A DNA stretch of 64,000 bases, from positions 133,796,001-133,860,000 of the forward strand of contig NC_043001.1 in NCBI RefSeq assembly GCF_006345805.1. Reading direction: 5' to 3'. The translations under genes were made by a program, and so were the position numbers. Shown here one piece after another: positions 63,432 through 64,000 of the stretch. This stretch comes from Octopus sinensis (Eukaryota). The notes beneath the pieces are model-generated. The model worked only from the letters and a program-made list of their open reading frames with translations. It ran no database searches and was not told where the DNA came from. Position 1 is the stretch's first letter. Each line of letters opens with the position of its first letter.

Positions 63432-64000
63432 ATCTGTCAACTTTAATTGCTGGTCTCCTTGTTGGATCTCCTTCCTCTTTTTCCCATTCTTAAAATTCAG
63501 AAGCTTCTCAATAACATTTCCATGTCTCTTTCTTCTTGGTGTCAGTGATGGTAAATGCACTGTTATCATTCCAAGTATAGATTTCATCAACAATTTCTTG
63601 CTTTTTACTGTCAGCTCCTCTCCATTCTATGTATACATAGTATTTAGTATCTCCTGTAGCAACTTTGCTTGCGGCAGGTCACCTCATAGAAATCTCCCAG
63701 TTGTATGTTATGTTATCACTCTTTTTCTCCCACAGCTTATCACAAATGTCAACTAAAGCTTCTTTAAACCAAAGTCTGGTCAGGTAATCTGTCAGCTTCT
63801 GTACCATCCTTCTCATGATTGTCTTATTTCAATTAGTCTATTTAGTTCTTATCTTGAAGTTGCTGATCATTTATTTATATTAATCGGTACATTCTTCACA
63901 AGGGGAAAGACTTAGTATTTACATCATCAATTAATGTCCTTTTTACCATGCTGGCATGGGTTAAACAGTTTGACAGGAACTGATGAGCTAGAAGGCTGTG

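Overview
Eukaryotic, AT-rich, repeat-dense genomic DNA. The SINE families suggest an octopus/coleoid cephalopod, but this is inferred from pattern recognition only. Two spliced genes are transcribed divergently. On the minus strand is a WD40 protein matching WDR89: nine in-phase GT-AG coding exons from ATG 16876 down to 859, continuing off the left edge. On the plus strand is an N-terminal RRM protein: exons 42986-43078, 58937-59025 and 61098-61217, continuing past the last exon I could find. The rest is mobile DNA: three tRNA-type SINE families, an RTE-LINE 3'-UTR-like repeat, RTE LINE relics, mariner and Merlin/ISXO2 transposase relics, a Penelope GIY-YIG relic, piggyBac/hAT/Tc1 MITEs, Helitron-like elements, candidate solo LTRs and microsatellites. 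The most notable item is a palindromic head-to-head dimer element in which each arm is a Pol III tRNA-like head followed by a minimal type I hammerhead ribozyme. It is complete with a 13-bp TSD at 28013-28545 and has a rearranged relative at 13373-14421. Several other hammerhead cores and an 810-bp near-perfect foldback with TTAGGG repeats are also present. SINE and relic coordinates are approximate.
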